Below are positions 31,262 to 42,239 of a stretch of DNA of 64,000 bases, piece after piece. The stretch is taken from contig JACPGT010000005.1 in NCBI GenBank assembly GCA_016188965.1, positions 65,989-129,988 of the forward strand. The letters run 5' to 3'. Positions within the stretch are counted from its first letter, which is position 1. Each line of letters opens with the position of its first letter. The translations under genes and the position numbers were made by a program. The stretch is from Candidatus Micrarchaeota archaeon. Lineage in GTDB: Archaea; Micrarchaeota; Micrarchaeia; Norongarragalinales; Norongarragalinaceae. The notes under the pieces were generated by a model. The model was given only the letters and a program-made list of their open reading frames with translations. It did not search any database and was not told the origin of the DNA.

Positions 31262-31828
31262 GTGAAGCCTTGCGAGGGGATTTCTCGCATGCTGGTCGAC
31301 TTCACGCTCTGGACATACCTATTGATTCTGGCCGCCGGAATCCTCGGAACGCTGCTGGCCTTCTTGCGGCCCTCGCGCGACACGCTGAAGCACGCCCTAC
31401 TTTTGGGCGCGTTCCTGGCCGTCTTCGACTTCATCTTTGAGAACGCCGGCGCCATGGCCGGGTTGTGGTACTCCCAAGGCGCACCCATCTACCTCTGGGC
31501 CGTTCCCTACCAGGTCTTCTTCATCGCCCTGTTCGCCGGCATGGCCTTCCACGTCGTCTTGCCGGCGCGCAAAGACATGCTGTACATCATGGCCACGTCG
31601 CTTCTGATCGCTGCCATCGGCACCGGCATCGAATCCATCCTCTTGGACCACGGCTTACTCACGTACGCCGGTGGCTGGACCAGCACGCATGCCGTCATGG
31701 CTTACTGGGCCACGTTCATGCTTTTGCACTTGGTCAACCTCAAACTATCGGGTCACCGCGTCCTGCATGACAACGGCCAAACGAAAGCCCATAAAGCCGG
31801 CGCGCTGATCAAGAAGAAGCGGCGCTAA
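31262..31828 (+). CDS. Hypothetical polytopic membrane protein
   Basis: Four to five hydrophobic helices and a CTTTAAAA box at about 31243. Possible starts are the GTG at 31262 or the ATG at 31289. Confidence 0.5.
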   Translation: MKPCEGISRMLVDFTLWTYLLILAAGILGTLLAFLRPSRDTLKHALLLGAFLAVFDFIFENAGAMAGLWYSQGAPIYLWAVPYQVFFIALFAGMAFHVVLPARKDMLYIMATSLLIAAIGTGIESILLDHGLLTYAGGWTSTHAVMAYWATFMLLHLVNLKLSGHRVLHDNGQTKAHKAGALIKKKRR

Positions 31829-31864
31829 GGCATCAAAAAAGCAAACGTTAGCGACCGGCATTAC

Positions 31865-32070
31865 TTACAGCAAACCAAGAAAGTAACCCGACTCAATACT
31901 CCTGGTTTCTTGCAAATCTCCACGATTTGCAAGGTCTTGCGGGTTGCGATCCGCAAGGCCACATAAGTTCAACGGAACTTGTGATGCCACACAAATTGCC
32001 GAAGCAATTTGTGCTGTGCGGCCTATCAAGACCGACTTAATCGTCGTGAAATTTGTCAGTCTTGCTATAG
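31865..32070 (-). repeat. Modular hairpin repeat element, copy C (expanded, six hairpins)
   Basis: The reverse complement starts CTATAGCAAGACTGAC... and ends ...CTTGGTTTGCTGTAAG. Four extra hairpins are inserted between the two found in copy A. Confidence 0.8.
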
Positions 32071-32123
32071 CGCAGCGCGCGGGCTTACGACCAGTAGCCA
32101 CCGGCCCGTTCGTTACTACGACA

Positions 32124-33116
32124 CTACCACTGCAACGATCCGCCAGTCTGATACTCGGTGACGCGCGTCTCGAAAAAGTTCTTCTCTTTCGGCAAATCCG
32201 TCGTTTGGCTCATCCAGGGGAACGGATTCTCGCGGTTGTACACCTTCGGCAAATTCAAGCGCTGGAGGCGGCGGTCGGCGATGTGCTCGACGTACTTCTT
32301 GAACTCCTTGGCGTTGATGCCCAACAAACCCTGCGGGCAGGCGTCGTCCGCGTAATTCTGCTCGAGGATCACGGCCTTCTTGATCAAGTCCACCACTTCG
32401 TCCTGGAATTCCTGCGTCCAGACCTGCGGAAACTCCGCCTTGATGGTGTTGATCAAATCGCAGCCGAACGCCAAATGCAGCGATTCGTCGCGCATGATGT
32501 ACTCGAACTGCTCGCCCACGCCGATCATCTTGCCCTGCCGCTTCAAAGCCAGCATCATGGCAAAGCCGGCGTAAAAGAAGATGCCTTCCATGATGACGTA
32601 AAAGCCGATGAGGTCGCGGAGGAACTTCTGGATGTTCTCGTTGCCGTTCGTCGAAAAATGCGGGTCGAAGATGGATGAGGTCAGTTGCACCACGAAGTCG
32701 TCCTTCATCTTGATCGACGGGATGGACTGGTACATCGTGTAGATCTCCTCGGGGTCCAGGCCAAGGGAATCACAGCAATAGATGAACGTATCCGTATGCA
32801 CCGCTTCCTCGTATGCTTGCCGCAAGAGGTACTGGCGGGACTCTGGGTTGGACACGTGGTTGTAGACGGCCAGTACGATGTTGTTCGCCGTCAGGCTTTC
32901 GGCCGTCGAGAAGAAGCCGAGGTTCCATAGGATCATGCGCCGCTCGGACTCCGAAAGCACCGCCGGATTCTTCCACTGCTCGACGTCCTTCTGCATGGAC
33001 ACTTCCTCGGGCGTCCAATTGTTCGCCACGCCGGCCTTGTAGTGCTCACGCGCCCAGAGATACGTCATGGGCAGGATCTTGTTCGGATCGGTCTTGGGGT
33101 TGTTGATGATGCTCAT
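32124..33116 (-). CDS. nrdB: Class I ribonucleotide reductase beta subunit (R2)
   Basis: Di-iron ligand blocks EEAVH, EGIFFYAGF and RDESLHLAF. Lies immediately downstream of nrdA. Confidence 0.9.
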   Translation of the reverse strand: MSIINNPKTDPNKILPMTYLWAREHYKAGVANNWTPEEVSMQKDVEQWKNPAVLSESERRMILWNLGFFSTAESLTANNIVLAVYNHVSNPESRQYLLRQAYEEAVHTDTFIYCCDSLGLDPEEIYTMYQSIPSIKMKDDFVVQLTSSIFDPHFSTNGNENIQKFLRDLIGFYVIMEGIFFYAGFAMMLALKRQGKMIGVGEQFEYIMRDESLHLAFGCDLINTIKAEFPQVWTQEFQDEVVDLIKKAVILEQNYADDACPQGLLGINAKEFKKYVEHIADRRLQRLNLPKVYNRENPFPWMSQTTDLPKEKNFFETRVTEYQTGGSLQW

Positions 33117-33136
33117 ATCGTGGGTTCACCGTTTTG

Positions 33137-36022
33137 CTATTGACAGGCCTCGCACGTCGGGTCGTCAATCAAGCACACTTTCGGCCCGGATGACGCCATG
33201 CTGCTGGAAGGCGCCGCCGCGGCCTGCGCCACCGCCGCTTCGGCAATCGCCTGCGCCGTCGGAGCGGATGCGGCGACGGCGTCCTGCGTGCGTTTCTGCG
33301 TGAAGCCGAACTTCTCGGCATCCAGCGTCGACTTTTCGATCTGGCTGGCCGCCAAACTACGCAAGTAATACGTCGTCTTCAAACCGAGCAGCCACGCGTA
33401 GGCGTACACGTCGTTCAGGCGCTTGCCCGAGAGGCCCTTCAGAAAGACGTTCAGGCTTTGGCTCTGGTCAATCCACTTGCCGCGGTAGGCCGCCATCTTG
33501 ACCATGGTCTCGGCATCCACGTCGAAGGCTTCCTTGTACTTGGCCTTGAGTTTCTCCGGAACGCCCGGAACCGCTGCGACGTTGCCGTCGTGGTACTTCA
33601 TCTGTTCCAGCATCTCCTGGCCCCACAAGCCCAGCTTCTTGAGGTCGTCGATAAGGTACGAGTTGACCACCGTGAACTCGCCGGAGATGTTGGCCTTGAC
33701 GTACATGTTCTTGTAAATGGGCTCGATGGACGGGTAGCAACCGGAGATGTTCGAAATCGTAGCCGTGGGCGCGATGGCCATGGTGTTGCTGTTGCGCATG
33801 CCGAACTGCCGTACGTGCGCGCGCACCGGCGTCCAATCCAAGCGGGCCGTGCGAGGCACGTCGATCTTCAAGCCACGTTCTTTTTCCAGCAAGTCGACCG
33901 TGTCGACCGGAAAGAGTCCGCGATCCCACTTGGAGCCCGGGTACGTCTCGTACGGTCCACGCTCTTTGGCCAGTTCCGACGAAGACAGGATGGCGTAGTA
34001 CGACACCAACTCCATGCTGTAATCGGCGAACTCCAGCGCCTCAAGCGAGTCGAACGCGTAATCCATCTTGAAAAGCGCGTCCTGGAACCCCATGATACCC
34101 AGGCCGATCGGGCGGTGGCGCATGTTCGATGTTTTGGCCTCCAGCGTAGGGTAGTAGTTGACGTCTACCACGTTGTCCAGCATCCGGATGGCACAACGCA
34201 CCGTCTGCGCCAGCAGCTCGGCATCCAGTTTACCGTCCACGATGTGACGTTCGAGGTTGACCGAGCCTAAGTTGCACACCGCCGTCTCCTCGGCCGACGT
34301 GTTCAGCGTGATTTCCGTGCAGAGGTTCGAGCTGTGCACCACGCCCACATGGTCCTGCGGCGAGCGCACGTTGCAGGGATCCTTGAACGTGATCCACGGA
34401 TGGCCCGTCTCGAAAAGCGACGTCAGCATCTTGCGCCACAGCTTCTGGGCCGAAACGAGTTTGTGCTTCTTCATCGAGCCGGCACGCGCCCGCTCCTCGT
34501 ACTCTTCGTACTTCGTCTCGAAAGCGCGGCCGTACAAATGGTGCAGTTCAGGCACTTCCTCCGGCGAGAACAACGTCCAGGACTCGTCCTTCAGCACGCG
34601 CTTCATGAATAAATCAGGAATCCAATTGGCCGTGTTCATGTCATGCGTGCGCCGGCGCTCATCGCCGGTGTTCTTGCGCAAATCCAAAAAGTCCTCGATG
34701 TCCAAATGCCACGTCTCGAGGTACGCGCACGTGGCGCCGCGGCGTTTTCCGCTGCGGTTGATGGCCACCGTCACGTCGTTGGCGATCTTGAGGAAGGGGA
34801 TGACGCCCTGGCTTTCCACGCCCGTGCTCTTGATCCACGAGCCGGTGGCGCGGATGTTGCTCCAGTCGTTGCCCAATCCACCGGACCATTTCGACAATTG
34901 GGCGTTGTCGCCGATGCACTTGAAGATGTGCGTCAAGTCATCCGTGACCGTGGTCAAATAGCAGGACGACAGTTGCGGGTGCGCCGTACCGGAGTGGAAG
35001 AGCGTCGGCGTGGACGGCACGAAGCGCAAACTGGAAATCATCTCGTAGAATTCCAGGGCGCGCGCCGTGCGGTCGCCTTCCTCGTTGAGGCACAAACCCA
35101 TGGCTACGCGCATCCAGAACGACTGGGGCAGTTCGCGGCGTTGCTCGTCCCACTTCATGAGGTACCGGTCGTACAACGTCTGGATGCCCATGTAACGGAA
35201 CAGCGAGTCGCGCTCAAGCAGGAGGCCTTCCGAAAGCGACTTTAGGTCGAACTCCAGCAACCGCTCGTCCAGGGTGCCTTGCTTGACGCCGGCTTGGATG
35301 TTGCGCACGAACGACTCGCGGTACGCCACTTGTTGCAACCGCTCGTCCCGCAGCGACTGACCGCAGACTTCCTTGTAGAGCTTCTGCAAAAAGAGACGGG
35401 CCGAAACGAAGTCAAACCCGGGATCCTTCTCGATAAAAGCGATGGACGCCAAGACCATGGCTTTTTCAATTTCTTCCGTGCTCACGCCGTCGTAGATGTT
35501 CTTGACCACTTCGTTGATGACGGCATCCAAAGGCACGCCGGAAAACTCGCGCGAATGCCGCTCCAAGGTACCGCGCACCTTCTGCACGTCGAACAGGACC
35601 AGGCGACCGTCACGCTTGCGCACCGTCAACTTGCCCAAAAGCGACTTCTCGACGTTGCGCTTCTTCTCCTCCTCGCGTTCCTTCTGGCGCTTGGCACGGT
35701 ACAGGATGTACGCCTTGGCCACTTCATAGTGGCCGGCCTTGACCAAATGCTTCTCGACGATATCCTGGATGTTCTCCACGTTCGGATAGAAATCGATAAA
35801 GCGCGTTTGGACCTCACCGACGACGTCCTCCGTAAGCCGCTCCGCCGCCGCGGCCGGCAGGGGCGAACCGGAAGCGATGACGGCCTTGGCCACGGCGTTC
35901 TGGATGCGGCTGGCGTCGAACGGGACCACTTCGCCGTTGCGCTTGCACACCATTAATTTGCCATCCATATCCGCCGCCTCCCGTTTTTCCAAGAAATCCA
36001 AATCCCTTTGCTCTTTTTGCAA
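33137..36022 (-). CDS. nrdA: Class I ribonucleotide reductase alpha subunit with two ATP-cone domains
   Basis: ATP-cones VCKRNGEVVPFD and VRKRDGRLVLFD, the catalytic SSNLCTEI motif and a C-terminal CEAC pair. An alternative start exists at 35968. Confidence 0.9.
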   Translation of the reverse strand: MQKEQRDLDFLEKREAADMDGKLMVCKRNGEVVPFDASRIQNAVAKAVIASGSPLPAAAAERLTEDVVGEVQTRFIDFYPNVENIQDIVEKHLVKAGHYEVAKAYILYRAKRQKEREEEKKRNVEKSLLGKLTVRKRDGRLVLFDVQKVRGTLERHSREFSGVPLDAVINEVVKNIYDGVSTEEIEKAMVLASIAFIEKDPGFDFVSARLFLQKLYKEVCGQSLRDERLQQVAYRESFVRNIQAGVKQGTLDERLLEFDLKSLSEGLLLERDSLFRYMGIQTLYDRYLMKWDEQRRELPQSFWMRVAMGLCLNEEGDRTARALEFYEMISSLRFVPSTPTLFHSGTAHPQLSSCYLTTVTDDLTHIFKCIGDNAQLSKWSGGLGNDWSNIRATGSWIKSTGVESQGVIPFLKIANDVTVAINRSGKRRGATCAYLETWHLDIEDFLDLRKNTGDERRRTHDMNTANWIPDLFMKRVLKDESWTLFSPEEVPELHHLYGRAFETKYEEYEERARAGSMKKHKLVSAQKLWRKMLTSLFETGHPWITFKDPCNVRSPQDHVGVVHSSNLCTEITLNTSAEETAVCNLGSVNLERHIVDGKLDAELLAQTVRCAIRMLDNVVDVNYYPTLEAKTSNMRHRPIGLGIMGFQDALFKMDYAFDSLEALEFADYSMELVSYYAILSSSELAKERGPYETYPGSKWDRGLFPVDTVDLLEKERGLKIDVPRTARLDWTPVRAHVRQFGMRNSNTMAIAPTATISNISGCYPSIEPIYKNMYVKANISGEFTVVNSYLIDDLKKLGLWGQEMLEQMKYHDGNVAAVPGVPEKLKAKYKEAFDVDAETMVKMAAYRGKWIDQSQSLNVFLKGLSGKRLNDVYAYAWLLGLKTTYYLRSLAASQIEKSTLDAEKFGFTQKRTQDAVAASAPTAQAIAEAAVAQAAAAPSSSMASSGPKVCLIDDPTCEACQ

Positions 36023-36112
36023 CCTGGGCAGAACCCGCGCGACGTGCGCATCCGGCGCGGTTTTTCCCCAAAGGAAAAACGCCGCAAAGGCCGCCGTTGC
36101 TAAAGCTCAATA

Positions 36113-36128
36113 ATTCCATATATTGTAC
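36113..36128 (-). promoter_or_regulatory. Candidate NrdR box overlapping the nrdA promoter region
   Basis: The minus strand reads GTACAATATATGGAAT, which matches about 11 of 16 positions of the NrdR-box consensus as I recall it (acaCwAtATaTwGtgt). A TATATAAG box is adjacent. I found no convincing second box. Confidence 0.3.
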
Positions 36129-36274
36129 TTATATACCTTGTGGACCCCCAGGTATAGTATCCCTTACCCATTTCATCGGATAACGAAAAAACGGCGATAA
36201 CCACGCGAACATCGGCGCGGATGGAAAAAAACAGGCTTACGGAAAAGAGGAAAAAACGGAAAAAAAACCGAAAA

Positions 36275-36727
36275 CTACTCGTTCTGCAGCGCCTCGACTT
36301 CTTTGACGAAAGTATCCAAATCGTCAAAAGAGCGGTAGACGGAAGCGAAGCGGATGTACGCGATTTCGTTGACCTTCTTCAGCCGCTTGAGCACCAACTC
36401 GCCCAGCTTGCTGGACGGGATTTCCGTGGAGGCCCGCCGACGCAAGTCGCGCTCAACCGCATCCACCAGTTCCTCAAGCTGCTCTTCAGTCACCGGCAGC
36501 TTGACGCAGGCCTTGCGGATGCCCGAAAGCAGTTTGTCACGCGCGAATTTTTCCTTGTGGCCGTCCTTCTTGATGACAAACAAGTCCAACATCTCGACGC
36601 GCTCGTACGTGGTGAATCGCTTGCCGCATTTCTCGCACTCGCGCCGCCGGCGCGTCAGCTCCAGGTCCTCAGCATCACGCGAGTCCAGCACCTTGGTCTC
36701 GGAGTGGTCGCAATACGGACACTTCAT
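36275..36727 (-). CDS. nrdR: Transcriptional repressor NrdR
   Basis: MKCPYCDHSETKVLDSR...CEKCGKRFTTYERVE zinc ribbon plus an ATP-cone. An ATTTAAAC box lies about 27 nt upstream. Confidence 0.9.
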   Translation of the reverse strand: MKCPYCDHSETKVLDSRDAEDLELTRRRRECEKCGKRFTTYERVEMLDLFVIKKDGHKEKFARDKLLSGIRKACVKLPVTEEQLEELVDAVERDLRRRASTEIPSSKLGELVLKRLKKVNEIAYIRFASVYRSFDDLDTFVKEVEALQNE

Positions 36728-36958
36728 GACAGCCTAGTATGCGCCGAGCCATTTAAACACAACCGGCAGCGGGAAAGCACGCAGGGCCTTTAAAAAAGGA
36801 AAAAGAGATTCGAAAAGACCGCAACGGAAAAAGAAAGGGAGGCAAGGCCTGCGAAAAAGGAAATGGGCCACTGAAAAGTCGAAAAAAAAGGTCCGCGGAA
36901 CGTTTTTAAGCGGTTTTCCATACAAGAGGTAGACCTCATTTTCAATCCAGGTGACCTT

Positions 36959-37150
36959 ATGGCCAAGAAAGTCAAATTCGAAGAACTGACCAAATACGAG
37001 CAGGCCCGCATCGTCGGCGCCCGCGCGCTACAGCTGTCGATGGACGCGCCGCCGCTGGTCGAAGTGCCCAAGAAAATGATCGACTCCGTCAAGCTTGCCC
37101 GATTGGAATTTGCCAAGAAAGTCGTGCCCCTGCAAGTGCTGCACGAATAA
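36959..37150 (+). CDS. rpoK: DNA-directed RNA polymerase subunit K (Rpo6)
   Basis: LTKYEQARIVGARALQLSMDAPPLV is the Rpo6/omega signature. AGGTGA lies 6 nt upstream. Confidence 0.85.
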   Translation: MAKKVKFEELTKYEQARIVGARALQLSMDAPPLVEVPKKMIDSVKLARLEFAKKVVPLQVLHE

Positions 37151-37238
37151 CAAAGACCGCACCGCGCGATATGAAGCCAGAGCGTAAGCGCGCCGAACCC
37201 TTTAAATATTGGTCATCCAATATAAGGTCGGTGATTTC

Positions 37239-37502
37239 GTGAAGCAACCCGACGTCAAAATCTACTCCACGCCTTCGTGCGTGTACTGCAGACTGGCCAA
37301 GAACTACTTCCAGCAGCAGAGAATCGCATACTCCGAAGTGGACGTCGCCGCCAACCCCAAAGCGGCCGAAGAAATGATCGAGAAAAGCGGCCAACTGGGC
37401 GTGCCAGTCATCGACATCGGCGGAAAGATCATTGTCGGCTTTGACCAACCCGCCATCCGTGAAGCACTCGGCCTTGACGGCATCCAAATCCACCGCAAAT
37501 GA
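37239..37502 (+). CDS. Glutaredoxin/NrdH-like redoxin
   Basis: VKIYSTPSCVYCRLAKNYF...GVPVIDIGGKIIVGFD. I prefer the GTG at 37239 to the TTG at 37209 on length grounds. Confidence 0.75.
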   Translation: MKQPDVKIYSTPSCVYCRLAKNYFQQQRIAYSEVDVAANPKAAEEMIEKSGQLGVPVIDIGGKIIVGFDQPAIREALGLDGIQIHRK

Positions 37503-37743
37503 ACGAACCGAAACGCTTCACCATAAAAATGAAAAACCAAAGCGAACCGAACGCCGTTGACCGCTTTCGGGAAGCGTGAAGCGTCGCCGGCGTCTTTGCC
37601 TCAGCCAAGGACGCCAATCACATATCGCCGGTGCGGCGAGTGTACGCCGAACCGGGAAAAACCAAAGACATGCAAGGCCCCGTGCGTCTAGTCCACGGTG
37701 TTGACCACGTCGCGGTCAGAGCCATGAACTAAATCTGAACCCC

Positions 37744-38958
37744 CTACTCGTACCGGATGGCATCCGCCGGGTTCAACATGGCCGCCGAGCGTGCCGGAAG
37801 CACGCCTGAAATCGCGCCGACGAGGAACGAAAAGGCCAACGCGCCTGCCGCCAGTTCCCAGGAAAGCGTGGCGGTAAACGCGGCGTATCCGTTGGACCGA
37901 ATCGCCGCCTCGGCTCCGAACGTCAAAAGCGCGCCGACGGCCACGCCCACGGCTCCGCCTAAGAGACCCAGCAAGCCTGATTCAATGAGGAACAACACCA
38001 AAATGTCGTTGTGCTTCGCACCCACGGCCTTGAGGATCCCGATTTCCTTAGTGCGCTCCAGGATAGCCGTATACATCGTATTCATGATGCCGATGCCGCC
38101 GACTACAAGGGAAATGGCCGCGATGCCGACGAGGAAGACCTGAACCACGCCGAAAATGTTATTGAAGTATTCCGCGATCTGTTGCGGCGTCGACACGGCG
38201 AACGTCTCGGCGCCTTTTTCCTGACCCTTAAGCTTGCGCAGCTTCTCGCGGATGCGTTCGGCCACCGTATCCAAATCTACGCCGCGCTGGACTTTGACCA
38301 AAATAAGGGAAACCAGCTTGGGGTCCTCGAACACGAGGCGGGCGCGGTCCATCGTCATGTAGACGGAGCTGTCGTCCTGGTCGTTGCCTGAACTCTTGAA
38401 GATGCCGACGACCTGGAACGGCTTGCCCTGGATGGTGATCGCATCGCCTAAGCCCACCGGCTTGTCGAAGAAGTCATCCGTCATCTTGTGGCCGATGACG
38501 ATCTTGTCCGAATCGCCGTCGCGCAGGCGGCGGCCTTGCGAAATCTCGGTGAACTGCGTCTCGTCCAGAACTTTGGAACTGGAGTCCGTAGGCGTGCCCA
38601 CGATGAACGTCTGTTTGCTTTGGCCTTTGTACGTCACGCCCGCGCCCTTCATCAAGAGCGCTGACGCGTCGTTCACGCCCCGGAGCTTGCGGATGGCCCG
38701 CATGTCATCCTCATCCAAAGGCTTCTCCGTTGTGGAAGACACCAAAGGCCCTCCGGTGACGCCGTTGTAACCCACCACGGTGACTTTGTCCGTGCCGAGT
38801 TTCTGAAACTCGGCCACGACGGTGTCCTGGAGGCCCTGGCCCAACGCGAGCAGTCCGACGACGGTGGCAATGCCGATGAAGATGCCCACGATGGTCAAGA
38901 AGCTGCGCGTGCGCCGGTGCGTCAAGTTGCGCGCGGCCAGCAGGAAGTAATCCTTCAC
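37744..38958 (-). CDS. ABC transporter permease, MacB/FtsX family
   Basis: An N-terminal TM, a large extracytoplasmic MacB-type domain and a C-terminal FtsX 3-TM module. Confidence 0.85.
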   Translation of the reverse strand: MKDYFLLAARNLTHRRTRSFLTIVGIFIGIATVVGLLALGQGLQDTVVAEFQKLGTDKVTVVGYNGVTGGPLVSSTTEKPLDEDDMRAIRKLRGVNDASALLMKGAGVTYKGQSKQTFIVGTPTDSSSKVLDETQFTEISQGRRLRDGDSDKIVIGHKMTDDFFDKPVGLGDAITIQGKPFQVVGIFKSSGNDQDDSSVYMTMDRARLVFEDPKLVSLILVKVQRGVDLDTVAERIREKLRKLKGQEKGAETFAVSTPQQIAEYFNNIFGVVQVFLVGIAAISLVVGGIGIMNTMYTAILERTKEIGILKAVGAKHNDILVLFLIESGLLGLLGGAVGVAVGALLTFGAEAAIRSNGYAAFTATLSWELAAGALAFSFLVGAISGVLPARSAAMLNPADAIRYE

Positions 38959-40147
38959 TTCTTCCTACCCCATTTGCCCCAGGCCCAGCGCCCGGCGTAC
39001 GCTAAGACCGCCAAGGCCACGATGACCAACCACCAGTTCGTCTCCGCCTTCGGCTCCAGCTGGAAACGGGCAATCTCATCGTCCGTGTACGTCGGCACGG
39101 CTACTTGGACCTTCTTTTGGTACAACTGATTGGTCGCATCGCGGAACTCCAACGCCACGTCCAACACCGGGTCGTCCTTCAAAGCGAAGACGTCGAAGTC
39201 CAGCGTCTCGAAGTCGTCCGACGCCACCGTGCCAACGTAATACCGGTTCGCTCCGGCGGATTGGTACGAAGCCGCGTCCTCGAGGCGCGCGGTGAGGAAC
39301 TTGACTTCCTCCGAGCCGGAATTGACCAGCTTAAGCGACACCTTGCCCAACGCGTTGGGCCGCAGCAGAGTGGACGAGTCCAACTGGACGTCCAGAAGCG
39401 GTTCCGCGCCCACCTGCAGACCCACCACGTCCTTGAGGGAGTACTTCGTGCCCGCCGCGTCCTCGAACGCCACGCTGACCGGCACGCGGTACGCCTTGGA
39501 CTCCGCGCCGGTCGTGGCCAGCAGGTCGAACTGCACGGTCTGCGACGCTCCGGCCACGATGCGGTCCACGCGCCGCTCCGAGCCGCCCCGCAGGGGCACG
39601 AACGGATCCGTCAGGTTCAGCACGATACGGACGTTCTTGAATTCCGTGGGACCGAAGTTGCGCAACGTCAAACTCACCAGGCCGCTTTGGCCCGGCGCCA
39701 GTTTTTCCGGCACGGACGACACGGCATCCAACGCCAAGTCGCCGCTTTGCGGCTGGATGTAGATGGAAAAATTCGAACCGATGAACGGCGAGCCGGCCGA
39801 CTTGCAGCCGAAAGAAAGCTTATTGTCACCCAGGATGGCGTCCGGCGCGACACGTACCTTGTACTTCAGAAGCCACCCTTGGCGCCCGGGAAGATAATCC
39901 AGCGTGCGTGCGGCATCTTCGTTGGCATCCAAAGAAAAAGGGAACTGCGGGTCCAGCTGGCACTGCAAGCCGGCCTGCGCCTCGCTGGCGTACACGTCCA
40001 ACCACAAGTCAACGTAGCTTCCCGGCTCGGCCGGATACGGCACGTACTTGAGCGCCGCCAGACTCAACGAACCGCCCAGCACGGACGCGTTGGCCGCCGC
40101 GGCGAATCCCGACATCAAAACCAAAGCAAATACCCAGAATTTTACGC

Positions 40148-40151
<4 letters not shown>
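38955..40151 (-). CDS. Cell-surface beta-rich protein with signal peptide and C-terminal TM anchor
   Basis: Signal MSVKFWVFALVLMSGFAAAANA, a C-terminal WWLVIVALAVLAYAG anchor with a basic tail, and 4-nt overlaps with both flanking ABC genes. Confidence 0.6.
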
Positions 40152-40834
<683 letters not shown>

Positions 40835-41044
40835 GAAAAACCAGAACCGACCGCAACCTGCCTGATCTTGGAAAAAACACGACTCACGGACCCTTCAGGG
40901 AAAAACACCGTAAAAAGCTATCGGACGGCCAATAGGACGCTGTAGAAACAAAAAAAAGGCAGCGCAAGTCGACGGAATCAGGCTCGAAAAACGCACGTTG
41001 CTATGCCAACCGATTAAAACGAGCGGCAGCACCAAAGAACAATC

Positions 41045-42124
41045 ATGGCACTATCCAATCTCGACGTACACTACCTCATTCTCGAGGCCAAAGCCCTGGA
41101 AGGCGAGTTCCTCCAAAAGGCATTCGGCCAATCCGGCACGTTCCGTTTCAAATTCCGCCACACCGACTGGGTATTCCACCTGCCGGAAGCCGCCTTTTTG
41201 ACGCAGACGCCGCCGCAGTTCACGGCGCACCCCGATTCGTTCGTCATGCTGCTGCGCAAAAGGCTGACCGGACGGCTGGAAAAAATCAGCCAAATGGGCT
41301 TCGACCGCATCGTCCAACTGCATTTTTCCGACGTCTCGATCATCGTCGAGCTCTTCGGCGAGGGCAACCTCCTTCTGCTGGACCAAATCGGCTACATCCT
41401 AAAACCGTGGCGAGGCGAGCAATTCGCCTCCCGCAAGCTGTACGCCGGCCAGAAATACGTCGCCCCGCCACAGGACAAAACCCATCCGTCCGCCTGGACG
41501 CCCGCACTGCTTGAAGGCTTAGCCGGGCCCATCATCGCGGGCTTGAGCAAAACAGTCAACCTCTCGCCGTTCTACCTGGAAGAAGTCTGCATCCGAGCGG
41601 GCGTGGACAAGAAAAAACCGGCCAACCGCCTGCCGGCCGAGGACAAAGCCAACCTCCAGACCGCCCTGCGTGGCCTGCTGGACGAACCGCTGGCGCCCCG
41701 GATCTACCTGGAAGACGGAAAACCCATGCACGCCGCGCCGTTCGAACTGAAAAGCTTGGAAGCAAAACAACAACAGGCCACGGCCACGTTTTCCGAAGCA
41801 CTGCAAACCGTACACGCACACGCCACGGCCCTCAAAGCAGCGGAAGATGCCAACGCCGCGCCCGTCATGGCCGACGAGCGCAAGACGGCGGTGCTGGAAA
41901 AACAACACGCCGGCCTCGAATCGTTCCAACAACGCGCGTCAGACGCCCAGAAAAAAGCCGAATGGATCTACCTGCATTTCGACATCATCGAGAAACTGCG
42001 CAACCACAGCGACTCGGAGGAAGAAACCATCCGAAACCAAAGCATCCTGCCTCCGCAGCTCAAATGGCGCAAGAAACGCCACCGCATCGAGATCGAACTG
42101 CCCGACAGCCCCACTCCACCATAA
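41045..42124 (+). CDS. NFACT-N domain protein (RqcH/FbpA-like, short form)
   Basis: N-terminal LDVHYLILEAKALEGEFLQKAF...FRFKFRH and GEGNLLLLD blocks resemble NFACT-N. The C-terminal half is coiled-coil, and no NFACT-R region is seen. Confidence 0.5.
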   Translation: MALSNLDVHYLILEAKALEGEFLQKAFGQSGTFRFKFRHTDWVFHLPEAAFLTQTPPQFTAHPDSFVMLLRKRLTGRLEKISQMGFDRIVQLHFSDVSIIVELFGEGNLLLLDQIGYILKPWRGEQFASRKLYAGQKYVAPPQDKTHPSAWTPALLEGLAGPIIAGLSKTVNLSPFYLEEVCIRAGVDKKKPANRLPAEDKANLQTALRGLLDEPLAPRIYLEDGKPMHAAPFELKSLEAKQQQATATFSEALQTVHAHATALKAAEDANAAPVMADERKTAVLEKQHAGLESFQQRASDAQKKAEWIYLHFDIIEKLRNHSDSEEETIRNQSILPPQLKWRKKRHRIEIELPDSPTPP

Positions 42125-42239
42125 AAAAACGCAAGTAGCGGACCGGAAAAGCCATAGCAAATACCAAGCGGGCGCTGGCCGAAAAAGAAAACAAAAAGAC
42201 ACGAAAAAGCAGATAGGAAAAGGAAAACGAACGTCCGGA

